From positions 8,624-72,623 of the forward strand of contig JADLBM010000007.1 of NCBI GenBank assembly GCA_020847715.1: a stretch of DNA of 64,000 nucleotides. The letters are read 5' to 3'. The position numbers and the translations under genes were made by a program. This document shows, piece after piece, positions 1 through 8,638 of this stretch (position 1 is the stretch's first letter; every line of letters starts with the position of its first letter). The DNA is from Candidatus Yanofskybacteria bacterium (GTDB taxonomy: Bacteria > Patescibacteriota > Minisyncoccia > 2-02-FULL-40-12 > GWA2-44-9). Under the pieces are notes generated by a model. It saw only the letters and a list, made by a program, of their open reading frames with translations. It made no database searches and was not told the origin of the DNA.

Positions 1-113
1 GCACTCCGCTTCCCCGCCGGCACCGCCGCAAGCTGCGCTGTCACCGGCTCCGCCTCAAGGCGCTCTTCTGTCTCCGCAACAGGCGCCGGAGACTTCGCGA
101 AATTTAGTTTCAT
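1..113 (-). CDS. Partial CDS, N-terminus only (MKLNFAKSPAPVAETEERLEAEP...), unknown product; continues beyond window start
   Basis: Reverse-complement of 1-113 gives an ATG-initiated ORF running off the window edge; GC-rich third positions; no recognisable motif. Confidence 0.3.
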   Translation of the reverse strand, partial: MKLNFAKSPAPVAETEERLEAEPVTAQLAAVPAGKRS

Positions 114-305
114 CAATCGAGTCACACGCTATGACCCGCATACAAGCCGCCATGCTGGCAGCCCCCTCCGCGAGTGATAGCCGAGTATTACCCGTCAATC
201 ATACCACACCGGCGCAATTCATCCTGTTGATGAACCACCATTTGACCACGACACCCCTCTGCGCTACGCTTCACCCACATTCATAAAGATTAGTATCTCA
301 ATCGT

Positions 306-611
306 ATGCCCAGTAATACAACGTCCGGAGCTTTCCACTACACATACGTGCTCGAAAGCGCACGGGATGGTAAGCGCTATATTGGATATACAAGCAACCT
401 TACACGGCGTCTCGCCGAGCACGCCGCCGGATACTCTCGAGCAACCGCATCACGACTACCATTCTCGCTGGTCTACTTTGAGGGATGCCGGGATGCTGAA
501 GACGCTAGACGCCGAGAGCGCTACCTCAAAACAACACAAGGAAGACGTTTTCTTGGCCTACGACTCATAATACATAACACTCACCGAAAGGCGCTCAATG
601 CCGGACGTTGA
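306..611 (+). CDS. GIY-YIG nuclease superfamily protein (UPF0213/YhbQ-like)
   Basis: Translation has the GIY-YIG signature (FHYTYVLES...GKRYIGYTSNLTRRLAEH...E...R) in about 100 aa. Confidence 0.8.
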   Translation: MPSNTTSGAFHYTYVLESARDGKRYIGYTSNLTRRLAEHAAGYSRATASRLPFSLVYFEGCRDAEDARRRERYLKTTQGRRFLGLRLIIHNTHRKALNAGR

Positions 612-620
612 TATACTGGG

Positions 621-839
621 ATGCCAAAGAAATACCTCATGGTGCAAGAAGTGGCGCACCTCCTTGGAGTCACTCCCCTTACGATTCGCAACTGGGATGC
701 GAAGGGAAAGCTCACCGCGTACCGCCATCCGCTCAACAACTACCGGATGTATAAAGTCGAAGATGTCGAAGCTATCATCCGACGAATGGAAGTCTCCCGC
801 GAAAAACCGAAGGCGCGGAAAATAGATATTGTAGGCTAA
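621..839 (+). CDS. Small helix-turn-helix DNA-binding protein, excisionase/MerR-type HTH
   Basis: 72-aa protein; MVQEVAHLLGVTPLTIRNWDAKGKL matches the excisionase-family/MerR HTH pattern. Confidence 0.65.
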   Translation: MPKKYLMVQEVAHLLGVTPLTIRNWDAKGKLTAYRHPLNNYRMYKVEDVEAIIRRMEVSREKPKARKIDIVG

Positions 840-877
840 GAAAGAAAAAGCCCCTCACGTGCGTGAGGGGCGATACG

Positions 878-3745
878 TCAGACCGGCTTGGGGAGGAACT
901 TCCGCCAGTCGAACTGACGCGGATTTGCGAACCAGTCCCTGATTTGGTCGTACATCAGGGAGCGCACGAGGACGGGGCCGTCCTCGGGTCCACCGGTCGG
1001 GAGGCCGATGAACAGCACGCCCGTGTTGTTGGGCGGGAACCCACGCTCACCGTACAGGTCGGTGTGCGTGTTCGCGGGACCCATAGCGTAGATGGCGTAC
1101 GGGGTGATGATCTTGTTCTTGAAGTGCTTGTCACCGTACGTCTTCAGGGTGACGCGCCCCGTCGCATGGCCGAAGGAGTCGCCACGGGCGCGGTCGTTGT
1201 TGACCACGGCCGACAGCGGGTCCGACCAGCTCGAGAGACGCGCAGGAGACGCGAGGAACGTCAGTCCCCACTCATACCCACCAGGAGCGCAGACCGTGCC
1301 AAGCGCGAAGTACTCGTTGCTGTACAGCGGCGCGAGCACATAGCGATCGAGGAACGCCTGCTGGTCCTTCCAGTGGGAAAGCCCCGCCAGCCGAGCGCGG
1401 AGGTACTGTGCGTAGAAGACACCTTCTGTGAGCGTGTCTTCGACGGACGCCGCGAAGTGATTCCCGCAACCGATGTTGAGGATGCCGACGTCGCGCCCAT
1501 CGTACGGAATACCGCGAATCTCACTGAGACCGCGGATTGCCAGCTTGGAGCGCTGAGAGCGACGGAGCACCGAATCGAAGAAGTCCAGGTTGGGGTCGAT
1601 CAGCCGAGTGAACACTTCCAGCATTTGCGGCTGAACCCAGTCCAGACCTCGAATGAGGAACTGGCCGAGGTCGAACCGCGCGGCATCCACGGTGAGCTGC
1701 ATGACCGTGGCCGAGTCGCCCCGCTTCGCAGCGTTCCCGATTTCGTCGTGGCGCTTGCGCCACCACTTCTCGATCTGATCATACGACATCTCGCCCGGAT
1801 CGGGCTGCTTGTGTGTGTCGTAGTGATTCCCCTGCGTCGGGTCATCGTTGACCGTCAGGAGGTGAATCGGGAAATCGTTGCTGTCGAGGATGCCACCGCG
1901 GCGCATCATCATGACGACCGCCTCGGATACGCCGAGGTTGCGATGCGTGGTCGCGTCGAAGATGTGCTCACGAGAGCGGCTGCCCATGTGGATGTCCGTC
2001 ATCTCGACGGTCCAGATGTAGCGCGTCTCCGGATACGGGTAGTACCCGGGAATGACCGCCTTCGGCCGCTTTGCCTTCGGGAGGTGCTTCAGGTGGACGC
2101 TGTTGTCCAACTTCGCGATGGGGAACGAGTCTCCCGTCACGATGCCGTTGACGCGCTGGAGGACCAGTACGCCAGGGCAGAACTGCTCGGACTTCAGCAC
2201 CTTCGAGATGGGGTGCACCGCCTTCGTGGAGCCACGAAGCTCCCCGCGGAGGAACGCCTCGTCCACACAGATGGGAGCCACGTGCACTTCGGATGAGTCG
2301 CGCTGACCCATTGTGTAGTGATCGCGACCGACCATCCGGTGGTTCAGAGCGTACGGGTGGCAGATGACCGCAGTGTGCGGCACAGCTCCGCGGTACGCCT
2401 TCGCACCGAACTCGTCTACGAAGGACGAAAGGAGACCATCGGTGACCTTGATGTTACCCGGGATGTGAACCTCGATGGGATCGTAGTCGCCCACCTTGAC
2501 GTGGCTAGTCCCCTGCCCAATGACGCGGCAGTTGGGAATGACCTCTTCCAGCTTCTTCGCGAGCAGGGCGCGGAGTCGCAGACGGCGCCGCTCCAAATCC
2601 TGGTCACTGACGTTCGTGATGATGGTCATCGCAAGCTCTTCAGTGAGCTCGCGCAGGTCCTGTTCGTACTTCGCGATGTCGATGGCGGCCTGACGCCGAT
2701 CCGAAGCGCTCCTGCTGTTGAGCATGCTGTACGCCCGTGCCAACTCACGCTTCGTGAAGCTGATGTGGGCTTCGAGCTGCTTCCGCTCCAAGAGCGTGAT
2801 GTAGCGCACCTCGTAGTACGCCGCCGTGTTGATGAGCTCCTCCTCGACGTAGCCGAGGGGATAGAGCACGGGACCGCTGAACTCGGGAGACCCGTCAGGA
2901 CGGTGTGTGATCTTGTGCCACGCGTCCAGGAACCCCAGGAACTTCGCCTCGAGAGGCATGAAGATGACCTCGTCGAGCGGCTTACTCCTGAGGATGCGTC
3001 GCGCCTTCGCCTGATACGAGGCGGGCAGATGCTCGACCTTCACATGAAGGCCTGAGACCTGGGCGCGGTATGTCTTGATGGGACCAGCGGCCTTCTTGAG
3101 GTCCATGGACAGGCCGTTGGTAATCACGACGCACGCATCGCCTCGCTTCTCGGCATCCGACAACGCCCGCCGGACCGGATTGTCCTTGATCAGGCGGTTG
3201 TGCTTGATACCGATGAGGCCACCGTTGACGAACGCGACCGTCCAGTCCGCCCCTGCGGGCACGACGAACGGGTTCGCGAAGCTGGATTCAGGAAACTCGA
3301 AGAGCTCCGCGTCCGCGGCGAGATCCTCCGTGGACAGGCGCCCCATGCCGGCGATGAACTTCGCCGATGCGTGGGCATTCGTGACACCCGTCAGGAACTT
3401 CGCCTTCTTGGCGAACATGTCCTCGGGGATGTACGCGTAGTACTTCTTCCGGAACTCGTCCAACGGAATGTTGGTCCGAATCGCACGCTTGAGCGCATCG
3501 AGCGCCTGCGTGGTCCAGATGAGCTTCGGCAGTCGACCGATGAGACCCTGCTTCGAAAGGCGCAGGCCTCCGGTCAACTTCTCGACGAATTCGGTGCGGA
3601 GTGTCTGTAGGATCGACTCCAAGCCGCCCTTGCGCAGCAGCGCACCCGACTGGATGAGCTCGCGGCAACGGGACTCGAGGCCTTGGATCCTCCAGACGTC
3701 CTTCGCCGCCGAACCGTTTCGGTGTGACGTCTCGGCCTTTGCCAT
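878..3745 (-). CDS. Large hypothetical protein (955 aa) with calcineurin-like metallophosphoesterase motifs in the C-terminal half; N-terminal about 550 aa unassigned
   Basis: Single uninterrupted 955-aa ORF with diverse composition and GC-rich third positions; motifs TDIHMG...GNHYDTH and a second GCGNHF resemble DxH...GNH(D/E) of metallophosphatases; the overlapping + strand ORFs (863-2296, 2318-3055) are R/D/V/L-rich, typical antisense artefacts. Confidence 0.6.
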   Translation of the reverse strand: MAKAETSHRNGSAAKDVWRIQGLESRCRELIQSGALLRKGGLESILQTLRTEFVEKLTGGLRLSKQGLIGRLPKLIWTTQALDALKRAIRTNIPLDEFRKKYYAYIPEDMFAKKAKFLTGVTNAHASAKFIAGMGRLSTEDLAADAELFEFPESSFANPFVVPAGADWTVAFVNGGLIGIKHNRLIKDNPVRRALSDAEKRGDACVVITNGLSMDLKKAAGPIKTYRAQVSGLHVKVEHLPASYQAKARRILRSKPLDEVIFMPLEAKFLGFLDAWHKITHRPDGSPEFSGPVLYPLGYVEEELINTAAYYEVRYITLLERKQLEAHISFTKRELARAYSMLNSRSASDRRQAAIDIAKYEQDLRELTEELAMTIITNVSDQDLERRRLRLRALLAKKLEEVIPNCRVIGQGTSHVKVGDYDPIEVHIPGNIKVTDGLLSSFVDEFGAKAYRGAVPHTAVICHPYALNHRMVGRDHYTMGQRDSSEVHVAPICVDEAFLRGELRGSTKAVHPISKVLKSEQFCPGVLVLQRVNGIVTGDSFPIAKLDNSVHLKHLPKAKRPKAVIPGYYPYPETRYIWTVEMTDIHMGSRSREHIFDATTHRNLGVSEAVVMMMRRGGILDSNDFPIHLLTVNDDPTQGNHYDTHKQPDPGEMSYDQIEKWWRKRHDEIGNAAKRGDSATVMQLTVDAARFDLGQFLIRGLDWVQPQMLEVFTRLIDPNLDFFDSVLRRSQRSKLAIRGLSEIRGIPYDGRDVGILNIGCGNHFAASVEDTLTEGVFYAQYLRARLAGLSHWKDQQAFLDRYVLAPLYSNEYFALGTVCAPGGYEWGLTFLASPARLSSWSDPLSAVVNNDRARGDSFGHATGRVTLKTYGDKHFKNKIITPYAIYAMGPANTHTDLYGERGFPPNNTGVLFIGLPTGGPEDGPVLVRSLMYDQIRDWFANPRQFDWRKFLPKPV

Positions 3746-3860
3746 TGTGCTTCTCCTTCATTGTCAGAGAACAACGCCGAAACTATACCAATCTATTTCA
3801 CCCCGACAACTTGACGAAACATAAGAAAATGCGGGTGGCTTTCGCCACCCGCACCAAGCG

Positions 3861-5093
3861 CTATGCGGTCACCGCGACGGCCTTCACCGTCTTCGGCTTT
3901 TCGTCCATCACCGCACCCGACAACTGCTCCGTCTTCATCGCCAAGTTCTGGCCAATGAGACTGCCTCCGGCGTTGCCGACGATGTAGGGCGCTGCCTTCT
4001 CCGCCGTAATCGTCCCCTGTGCAAGGGAGTGCATGCACAGGTACCACACACCATTGGAGAACACCGAGGTCCACGCGAGGTACTGCGGACTGTTCCGCTG
4101 GCGGGCGCGGCTCACCATCGTGAAGCTCACTGCCTGCCACGCGGAAACCGCCAACAGAAGGAGTGCCGGCTTCCAACCAGCAAACCCGAAGACCAGCACA
4201 TGGACCACCAGAATGAACGCAAGCGCCTGCAGCTGCGCCACGGGCCATTGCACCTTGGCGCCGGCGGTCACATGTGCATCGAAGGTCGCCTTCAGCTTCT
4301 TCCCGAGATCCTGCCCGACATTCGCACCGATGAGCGAGCCGATGATGCTCCCCGTCGTAACGGGCAGGAACAACGCCCAATCGAATCGGTTGCTAATCAT
4401 GATGAACAGCTTCAGGAAGGCAACGCCGATTTGGAAGACGACTGCACCCGCGTGGAACCAGTAGTGATCGGTGCTTCGCGCGACGCGGAGAAGTGAGAAT
4501 GCGAAGCTTTCCACGACGGTCAGAAGAAGGAGTGCGGCAAGCAGGCCCCTGCCGAACGACGGCGCGCTCAGCATCATCTGCGCCCCAAGCGCGGCGCTTA
4601 GGAGCGCGACCGTCGGCCACAGTTTCATGAGCTGCGGCCGACCCTTCGCGCCCTCCGCAGACAGCCCCAGCGCGGACTCGATTCTGATCGAGAGCGTGTT
4701 CGCATGCAGCGTACCGAGAATGGTCGCAAACACGTATGGCGCCAAGAGCGCCGGCGGCAACTCGTTTCGCACCAGCAACCGTAGCGACCAGAAGAATGTG
4801 AAGCTCGCTGCCAGCGCCGCGAGCACGTGGTAGGCATTGCTATTGCGGTTCGCGGAACGCGACTGAAGGCCATACGCCGTGTTCTGGAGGTACGCCAGCC
4901 CCATCACAGTGATGGCTGTTAGCGGGAGCCACAGTGCGGGATGGAGCTGCACGAACTGAACTAGATGACCGTAGGTAGTCCGAAGCTCCTCGAAATGAGC
5001 CTTCGAGAACACGCCGAGCTGCGCCGCGACAACGCCGCCAATCAGCCACAGCGGATTGATGTTCCACAACCTCGCACCGAGACGAGTGAGCAT
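3861..5093 (-). CDS. Polytopic integral membrane protein (10-12 predicted TM segments), unknown function
   Basis: Long hydrophobic ORF; start placed at Met66 of the listed ORF (MLTRLGARLW...) because the upstream extension translates a noncoding tandem DNA repeat. Confidence 0.55.
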   Translation of the reverse strand: MLTRLGARLWNINPLWLIGGVVAAQLGVFSKAHFEELRTTYGHLVQFVQLHPALWLPLTAITVMGLAYLQNTAYGLQSRSANRNSNAYHVLAALAASFTFFWSLRLLVRNELPPALLAPYVFATILGTLHANTLSIRIESALGLSAEGAKGRPQLMKLWPTVALLSAALGAQMMLSAPSFGRGLLAALLLLTVVESFAFSLLRVARSTDHYWFHAGAVVFQIGVAFLKLFIMISNRFDWALFLPVTTGSIIGSLIGANVGQDLGKKLKATFDAHVTAGAKVQWPVAQLQALAFILVVHVLVFGFAGWKPALLLLAVSAWQAVSFTMVSRARQRNSPQYLAWTSVFSNGVWYLCMHSLAQGTITAEKAAPYIVGNAGGSLIGQNLAMKTEQLSGAVMDEKPKTVKAVAVTA

Positions 5094-5159
5094 GGAAGCT
5101 TCCTTTCTTGTAAATGACGCCGGAGGCACCCTAGCACATATGAGGCTCCATTCAAGCAC

Positions 5160-5263
5160 ATAGGTAATCCTACGGCCTGCTGGCCTCAGGATTGTTGCGC
5201 GACGGGGTCGATCGCAATAGGTAATCCTACGGCCTGCTGGCCTCAGGATTGTTGCGCGACGGG
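5160..5263. repeat. Two tandem copies of a 47-bp element (ATAGGTAATCCTACGGCCTGCTGGCCTCAGGATTGTTGCGCGACGGG) separated by 10 bp; each copy holds an inverted repeat AATCCT-N16-AGGATT
   Basis: Direct identical repeat read at 5160-5206 and 5217-5263, lying between an upstream terminator and the membrane-protein gene start. Confidence 0.85.
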
Positions 5264-5273
5264 TACGCGCAAC

Positions 5274-5302
5274 AAAAAGACCGCCCACGGATGTGGACGG
5301 TC
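5274..5302 (-). terminator. Rho-independent terminator for the minus-strand gene 5318-5611
   Basis: Minus strand reads GACCGTCCACATCCGTGGGCGGTC followed by TTTTT; separately, a TTGTTGCGC/GCGCAACAA stem-loop (not a T-tract terminator) lies downstream on the minus strand. Confidence 0.6.
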
Positions 5303-5317
5303 ATCGATTCAACCACC

Positions 5318-5611
5318 TCAGAGGACGCGCCAGCCCACGAGAAGTTTCGCCAGCTCGTGTACTTCCTGAGGCGAGAGACGCTGGCACTCGCAGAGACGAA
5401 CGGTCAGCTTGTCGTCGGGACACAACGAGACGATGTCACCGAACACCTCGTTTTTGAGCAAGAAAGGACTCGGCCTGCCAATCCATCGTCGTATGAAGTT
5501 GGCGAGCTCGTTCAGGTCTGCAACCCTCTTGATATCGTCCGCGACCAGACAGAGGTACTCGACCTGCTGGGGATGCGCCGCAATCGTCTTACACACCGAG
5601 ATCTTGGTCAT
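5318..5611 (-). CDS. Hypothetical small protein (97 aa, MTKISVCKTIAAHPQQVEYLCLVADD...)
   Basis: ORF with a GGAGGG Shine-Dalgarno 6 nt upstream of the internal ATG at 5611; the longer 124-aa version lacks an RBS. Confidence 0.5.
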   Translation of the reverse strand: MTKISVCKTIAAHPQQVEYLCLVADDIKRVADLNELANFIRRWIGRPSPFLLKNEVFGDIVSLCPDDKLTVRLCECQRLSPQEVHELAKLLVGWRVL

Positions 5612-5678
5612 TTCACCCTCCGCACAACGAACCGGCACCACGGTAGCAAGATTCGGGGCCCTGCGCAATCTTCCAGAA

Positions 5679-5709
5679 ATTGACTCATCCAAAGAACTAT
5701 GGTATATAA
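5679..5709 (+). promoter_or_regulatory. Sigma70-type promoter for the LemA-TPM operon (TTGACT-17-TATATAAT)
   Basis: TTGACT at 5679-5684, 17-nt spacer, TATATAAT at 5702-5709; AAGGAG RBS precedes the ATG at 5760. Confidence 0.6.
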
Positions 5710-5759
5710 TCCCCGCAGATCCTTTCCAAATCCAACCCCGTTTCTAAGGAGTGTCCGCA

Positions 5760-6356
5760 ATGAAGAAGTTTGCCGTCGGAATCGTGGCAGTGCTGGTGCT
5801 TGCCGTCCTGTACGGCATCAGCGTCAACAACACCATCATCGCGCACCAGCAGGATGCCGAGCAGAAGCTCGCCAATGTCGCCTCCGCGCTCCAGCGCCGA
5901 GCCGACCTGCTCCCGAACCTGGCGAGCATCGTGGCCCGCTACGCGACCCACGAACAGAGCACCTTCATCGAGACGGCCCGCGCTCGCGCCTCGGCCGCCG
6001 CATCCATCAAGCTGGACGCCGAGACGCTCAGCGACCCCGAGAAGCTGAGGAAGTTTCAGGCGGCACAGGGTGAGGTGTCTTCCTTCCTGTCGCGCCTGAT
6101 GGCGGTTCAGGAGCAGTACCCCAATCTGAAGGCCGATCGGCTGTTCATTGACCTGCAGGCGCAGGTGGAGGGCACCGAGAACCGCATCAAGGTCGAGCGG
6201 GACAACTACAACACGGCGGTCCGCAACTACAACAACATCGTCCTGATGTTCCCGTCGAGTCTGGTGGCGTCGTTCCGCAACTTCCAGAAGCTGCCCTACT
6301 TCCAGGCGGAAGAGGCTGCAACGAAGACGCCGGATCTGGGAGACCTCCTGAAGTGA
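5760..6356 (+). CDS. lemA: LemA family protein
   Basis: N-terminal TM then the conserved LemA region (QQDAEQKLANVASALQRRADLLPNL...YNNIVLMFPSSLVASFRNF). Confidence 0.85.
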   Translation: MKKFAVGIVAVLVLAVLYGISVNNTIIAHQQDAEQKLANVASALQRRADLLPNLASIVARYATHEQSTFIETARARASAAASIKLDAETLSDPEKLRKFQAAQGEVSSFLSRLMAVQEQYPNLKADRLFIDLQAQVEGTENRIKVERDNYNTAVRNYNNIVLMFPSSLVASFRNFQKLPYFQAEEAATKTPDLGDLLK

Positions 6357-7054
6357 GGCGCCTCCTCGCAGTCGTCGCATTCGCCGCGGCACTCACTGCC
6401 GCGGCGGAGGACCAGCTCCCCCGGCCTGCCGGGTACGTGACGGACACCGCCGGCCTCCTCTCGACCGCCGCAGTGACCCGCATCGACGAGCAACTCCGAG
6501 CGTTCGACGCACAGACATCAACGCAGGTGGTCGTCGTCACCGTCCTGAGCCTCAACGGTGAAGCGCCGGAGGCGTACGCAAATCGCCTGTTCCGCCAGTG
6601 GGGTGTCGGCCAGAAAGGCACCAACAACGGAGTGCTCCTGCTCATCACCAAAACCGACCGGAAGATCCGCATCGAGGTCGGGCGCGGGCTGGAAGGAGCA
6701 CTGCCTGACGCGACCGCCAAGGAAATCATCGACACAATCATTGCCCCACACCTCGCCAAGCGAGAGTTCGATGTCGGTGTGGGCGCTGGCGTGGACGCCA
6801 TCCTCGCTGCCGTGAAGGGTGAGTACACCCGCCCACCGTCGACCGGATGGCCAACATGGCTCATCGTGCTCATCATCGTCGTCGTGGTCCTCCTCATCCT
6901 CATCGTGCTCGCCGCAGGGAACAGCAGCGGAGGAGGCGGATACTACGCTTCCGGCGGAAGCGACTGGGGCGGGAGCAGTGGCGGCGGAGGCGGAGGTGGA
7001 TGGTCCGGCGGCGGAGGAGACTCCGGCGGCGGAGGAGCGAGCGGCGGATACTAA
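6353..7054 (+). CDS. TPM-domain (YgcG-like) protein with C-terminal TM and Gly-rich tail
   Basis: Signal peptide, then GYVTDTAGLLS...VVVVTV...GVLLLI...RIEVGRGLEG typical of TPM/DUF477; start overlaps the lemA stop; LemA-TPM pairing is a common operon. Confidence 0.8.
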   Translation: MRRLLAVVAFAAALTAAAEDQLPRPAGYVTDTAGLLSTAAVTRIDEQLRAFDAQTSTQVVVVTVLSLNGEAPEAYANRLFRQWGVGQKGTNNGVLLLITKTDRKIRIEVGRGLEGALPDATAKEIIDTIIAPHLAKREFDVGVGAGVDAILAAVKGEYTRPPSTGWPTWLIVLIIVVVVLLILIVLAAGNSSGGGGYYASGGSDWGGSSGGGGGGGWSGGGGDSGGGGASGGY

Positions 7055-7152
7055 TCTATCGCTCGACCCCATGGCGGGTTCTTCGTGAACCCGCCTTTTT
7101 TGTGCTCACAAATTGCCGATACCGAGATTTTATGCTAGAATGTAGTACTTTT

Positions 7153-7223
7153 GGGGGATTCGTTCAGTGGCAGGACGGCGGTCTCCAAAACCGCTAACGT
7201 GGGTTCGATTCCTACATCCCCCG
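7153..7223 (+). tRNA. tRNA-Trp (anticodon CCA)
   Basis: Cloverleaf read by hand: acceptor GGGGGAT/ATCCCCC, anticodon stem GCGGT/ACCGC with loop CTCCAAA, T-loop TTCGATT; preceded by promoter TTGCCG-17-TAGAAT (7111-7139). Confidence 0.9.
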
Positions 7224-7227
7224 CATC

Positions 7228-7262
7228 AAGAAAACAAGGCGCCATGTGGCGCCTTGTTTTCT
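7228..7262 (+). terminator. Rho-independent terminator after tRNA-Trp
   Basis: Perfect inverted repeat AAAACAAGGCGCC...GGCGCCTTGTTTT followed by CTTG. Confidence 0.7.
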
Positions 7263-7431
7263 TGCTTGTGAAGGAGTATGTAGGAATCGAACCGCCGGAG
7301 CGATGTTGCGTCAGTAGGCGCAACCGCGAGGCGGGGTCCCGAGTGCACGGCGAAGCGACGGCAAGCCGTGACACGAGGGCGATTCCCTTACAATCTTCGG
7401 CGAACCGTCGAGAGCGAAATTCCTGCACCCC

Positions 7432-8148
7432 ATGAAGGCAGCGCAAAAGAAATCAAAAAATGATGGCCATGTACTTGCGCTTAATAAGAACATCAAGGGA
7501 GTTCGAGCGCTCCTCGATATTGCCTCACGACCGAAAATTAGAGCAGTCGAAAAAAGAATTCTCCTGAGAAGCGCAATCGTCTTATTTGTGGCTTGCTGGG
7601 AAGCATTTGTTGAGGATTTAGCACGGACGGCTTTCAAATTCATGCAAAAAGAAGCTGGAGACTGTTCAAAAGTACCAGATTCAATCAAGAGAAGACTTTC
7701 GGAGCAATTACTCAAAATAAAAGACCCGATTTACCCCTGGTCCCTCGCGGAGGACGGTTGGAAAAATGTTCTTCAAAAGCACGGCGATACGGCAATCCAG
7801 GAATGGGTTGACGCGGTAAATACACCGAGTAGCCAGGCAGTCTCCCAACTTTTTGAAAAACTTATTGGACTCAGGAATATGCCAAACTTTTGGAGTTGGC
7901 GTGGCATGTCTGCGAATCAGGCGAAAGCAAGGCTCGCTGAATACATAAGGATTCGTGGAGAAATTGCGCACCGCGTCTCGGCAAATACCAGAGTAGCGAA
8001 AACCGTAATTTCTAGAACTTTTGTAATTGACCATGTTAACTTCATATTCCGCTTGGCCACACGCTCATGTAATGGTGTTCGGAAGCACCTAGTAAAATCG
8101 TTTGGTAAGGAGCCGTGGCCAAGCTATTCATACAGGGCAACCAAATGA
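7432..8148 (+). CDS. HEPN-motif protein (R-x4-H: IRIRGEIAHR), possible abortive-infection/toxin-like RNase; compositionally foreign
   Basis: 238-aa ORF that is clearly AT-rich (about 40-45% GC by eye versus over 60% in flanks); C-terminal RGEIAHR fits the HEPN Rx4-6H motif. Confidence 0.5.
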   Translation: MKAAQKKSKNDGHVLALNKNIKGVRALLDIASRPKIRAVEKRILLRSAIVLFVACWEAFVEDLARTAFKFMQKEAGDCSKVPDSIKRRLSEQLLKIKDPIYPWSLAEDGWKNVLQKHGDTAIQEWVDAVNTPSSQAVSQLFEKLIGLRNMPNFWSWRGMSANQAKARLAEYIRIRGEIAHRVSANTRVAKTVISRTFVIDHVNFIFRLATRSCNGVRKHLVKSFGKEPWPSYSYRATK

Positions 8149-8255
8149 TTTCATGCCCCACATGCCCCAGTCTGGTATCCGGTCCGCCACCCGGAAACCC
8201 TTATACTGCCCTGTAAAGGCGGGCGCTTAACCTCCCTCCCCCACAAAAACAAAGA

Positions 8256-8279
8256 CGGGGCCACCATGGTGGACCCGCC
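8256..8279 (-). terminator. Terminator hairpin (GGGGCCACCATGGTGGACCC) followed on the minus strand by a T-rich tract
   Basis: Near-perfect 20-nt palindrome; minus strand continues CTTTGTTTTTGTG. Confidence 0.5.
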
Positions 8280-8310
8280 GGCATCATCCATTGAGGAGTG
8301 ATGCCTCCGC

Positions 8311-8490
8311 ATACGATTACTTCTTCTTTTCGTTCTCGCTTCGGGCAATGAGGCCCCGCGTCTCGGCCTCGACACGCTGGAGGCGATCCTCCTCGCTTTC
8401 AAAGGTGAACATCGCGGAAATCGGGTTTCTTCCCGTTTCCCCGAAGTCACGCGCCCTCTCGTAACTGGTTACCTGCTCTTGAGCCGTCCT
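8311..8490 (-). CDS. Possible small protein (59 aa, MARTAQEQVTSYERARDFGETGRNPISAMFTFESEEDRLQRVEAETRGLIARSENEKKK)
   Basis: ORF below the 60-aa cut-off of the track; GGGGAAG Shine-Dalgarno 5 nt upstream of the ATG; terminator hairpin just downstream. The listed overlapping 99-aa ORF 8151-8450 is in another frame, is low-complexity and runs through the terminator. Confidence 0.35.
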
Positions 8491-8638
8491 CGCCATAACT
8501 TCCCCTACACGAAGTGCGCCACTTCTTCTCGTCGATGCTCCTGAACTGCTCTCTCTGCTGTGAATAGACCTACTGTACTCACTATTTTAAAATCTGTCAA
8601 TAATCCATGAGAAGGGGCTCTGTGGTATAGTTTTCGCC

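Noticed and set aside
863-3055. Long + strand ORFs (477 aa and 245 aa) antisense to the 955-aa gene
   Set aside because: Composition dominated by R/D/V/L/E with runs such as RRRREERQ, typical of antisense ORFs in high-GC DNA. The minus-strand ORF is longer, unbroken and compositionally normal.
7263-7345. Possible second tRNA on the minus strand next to tRNA-Trp
   Set aside because: Only the T-loop/3' 16-mer is present; the flanking sequence does not form a T-stem, acceptor or anticodon stem.
8151-8450. 99-aa minus-strand ORF from the track
   Set aside because: Low-complexity, no RBS, and it reads through a terminator hairpin; a different-frame 59-aa ORF with SD and terminator is preferred, though still low confidence.
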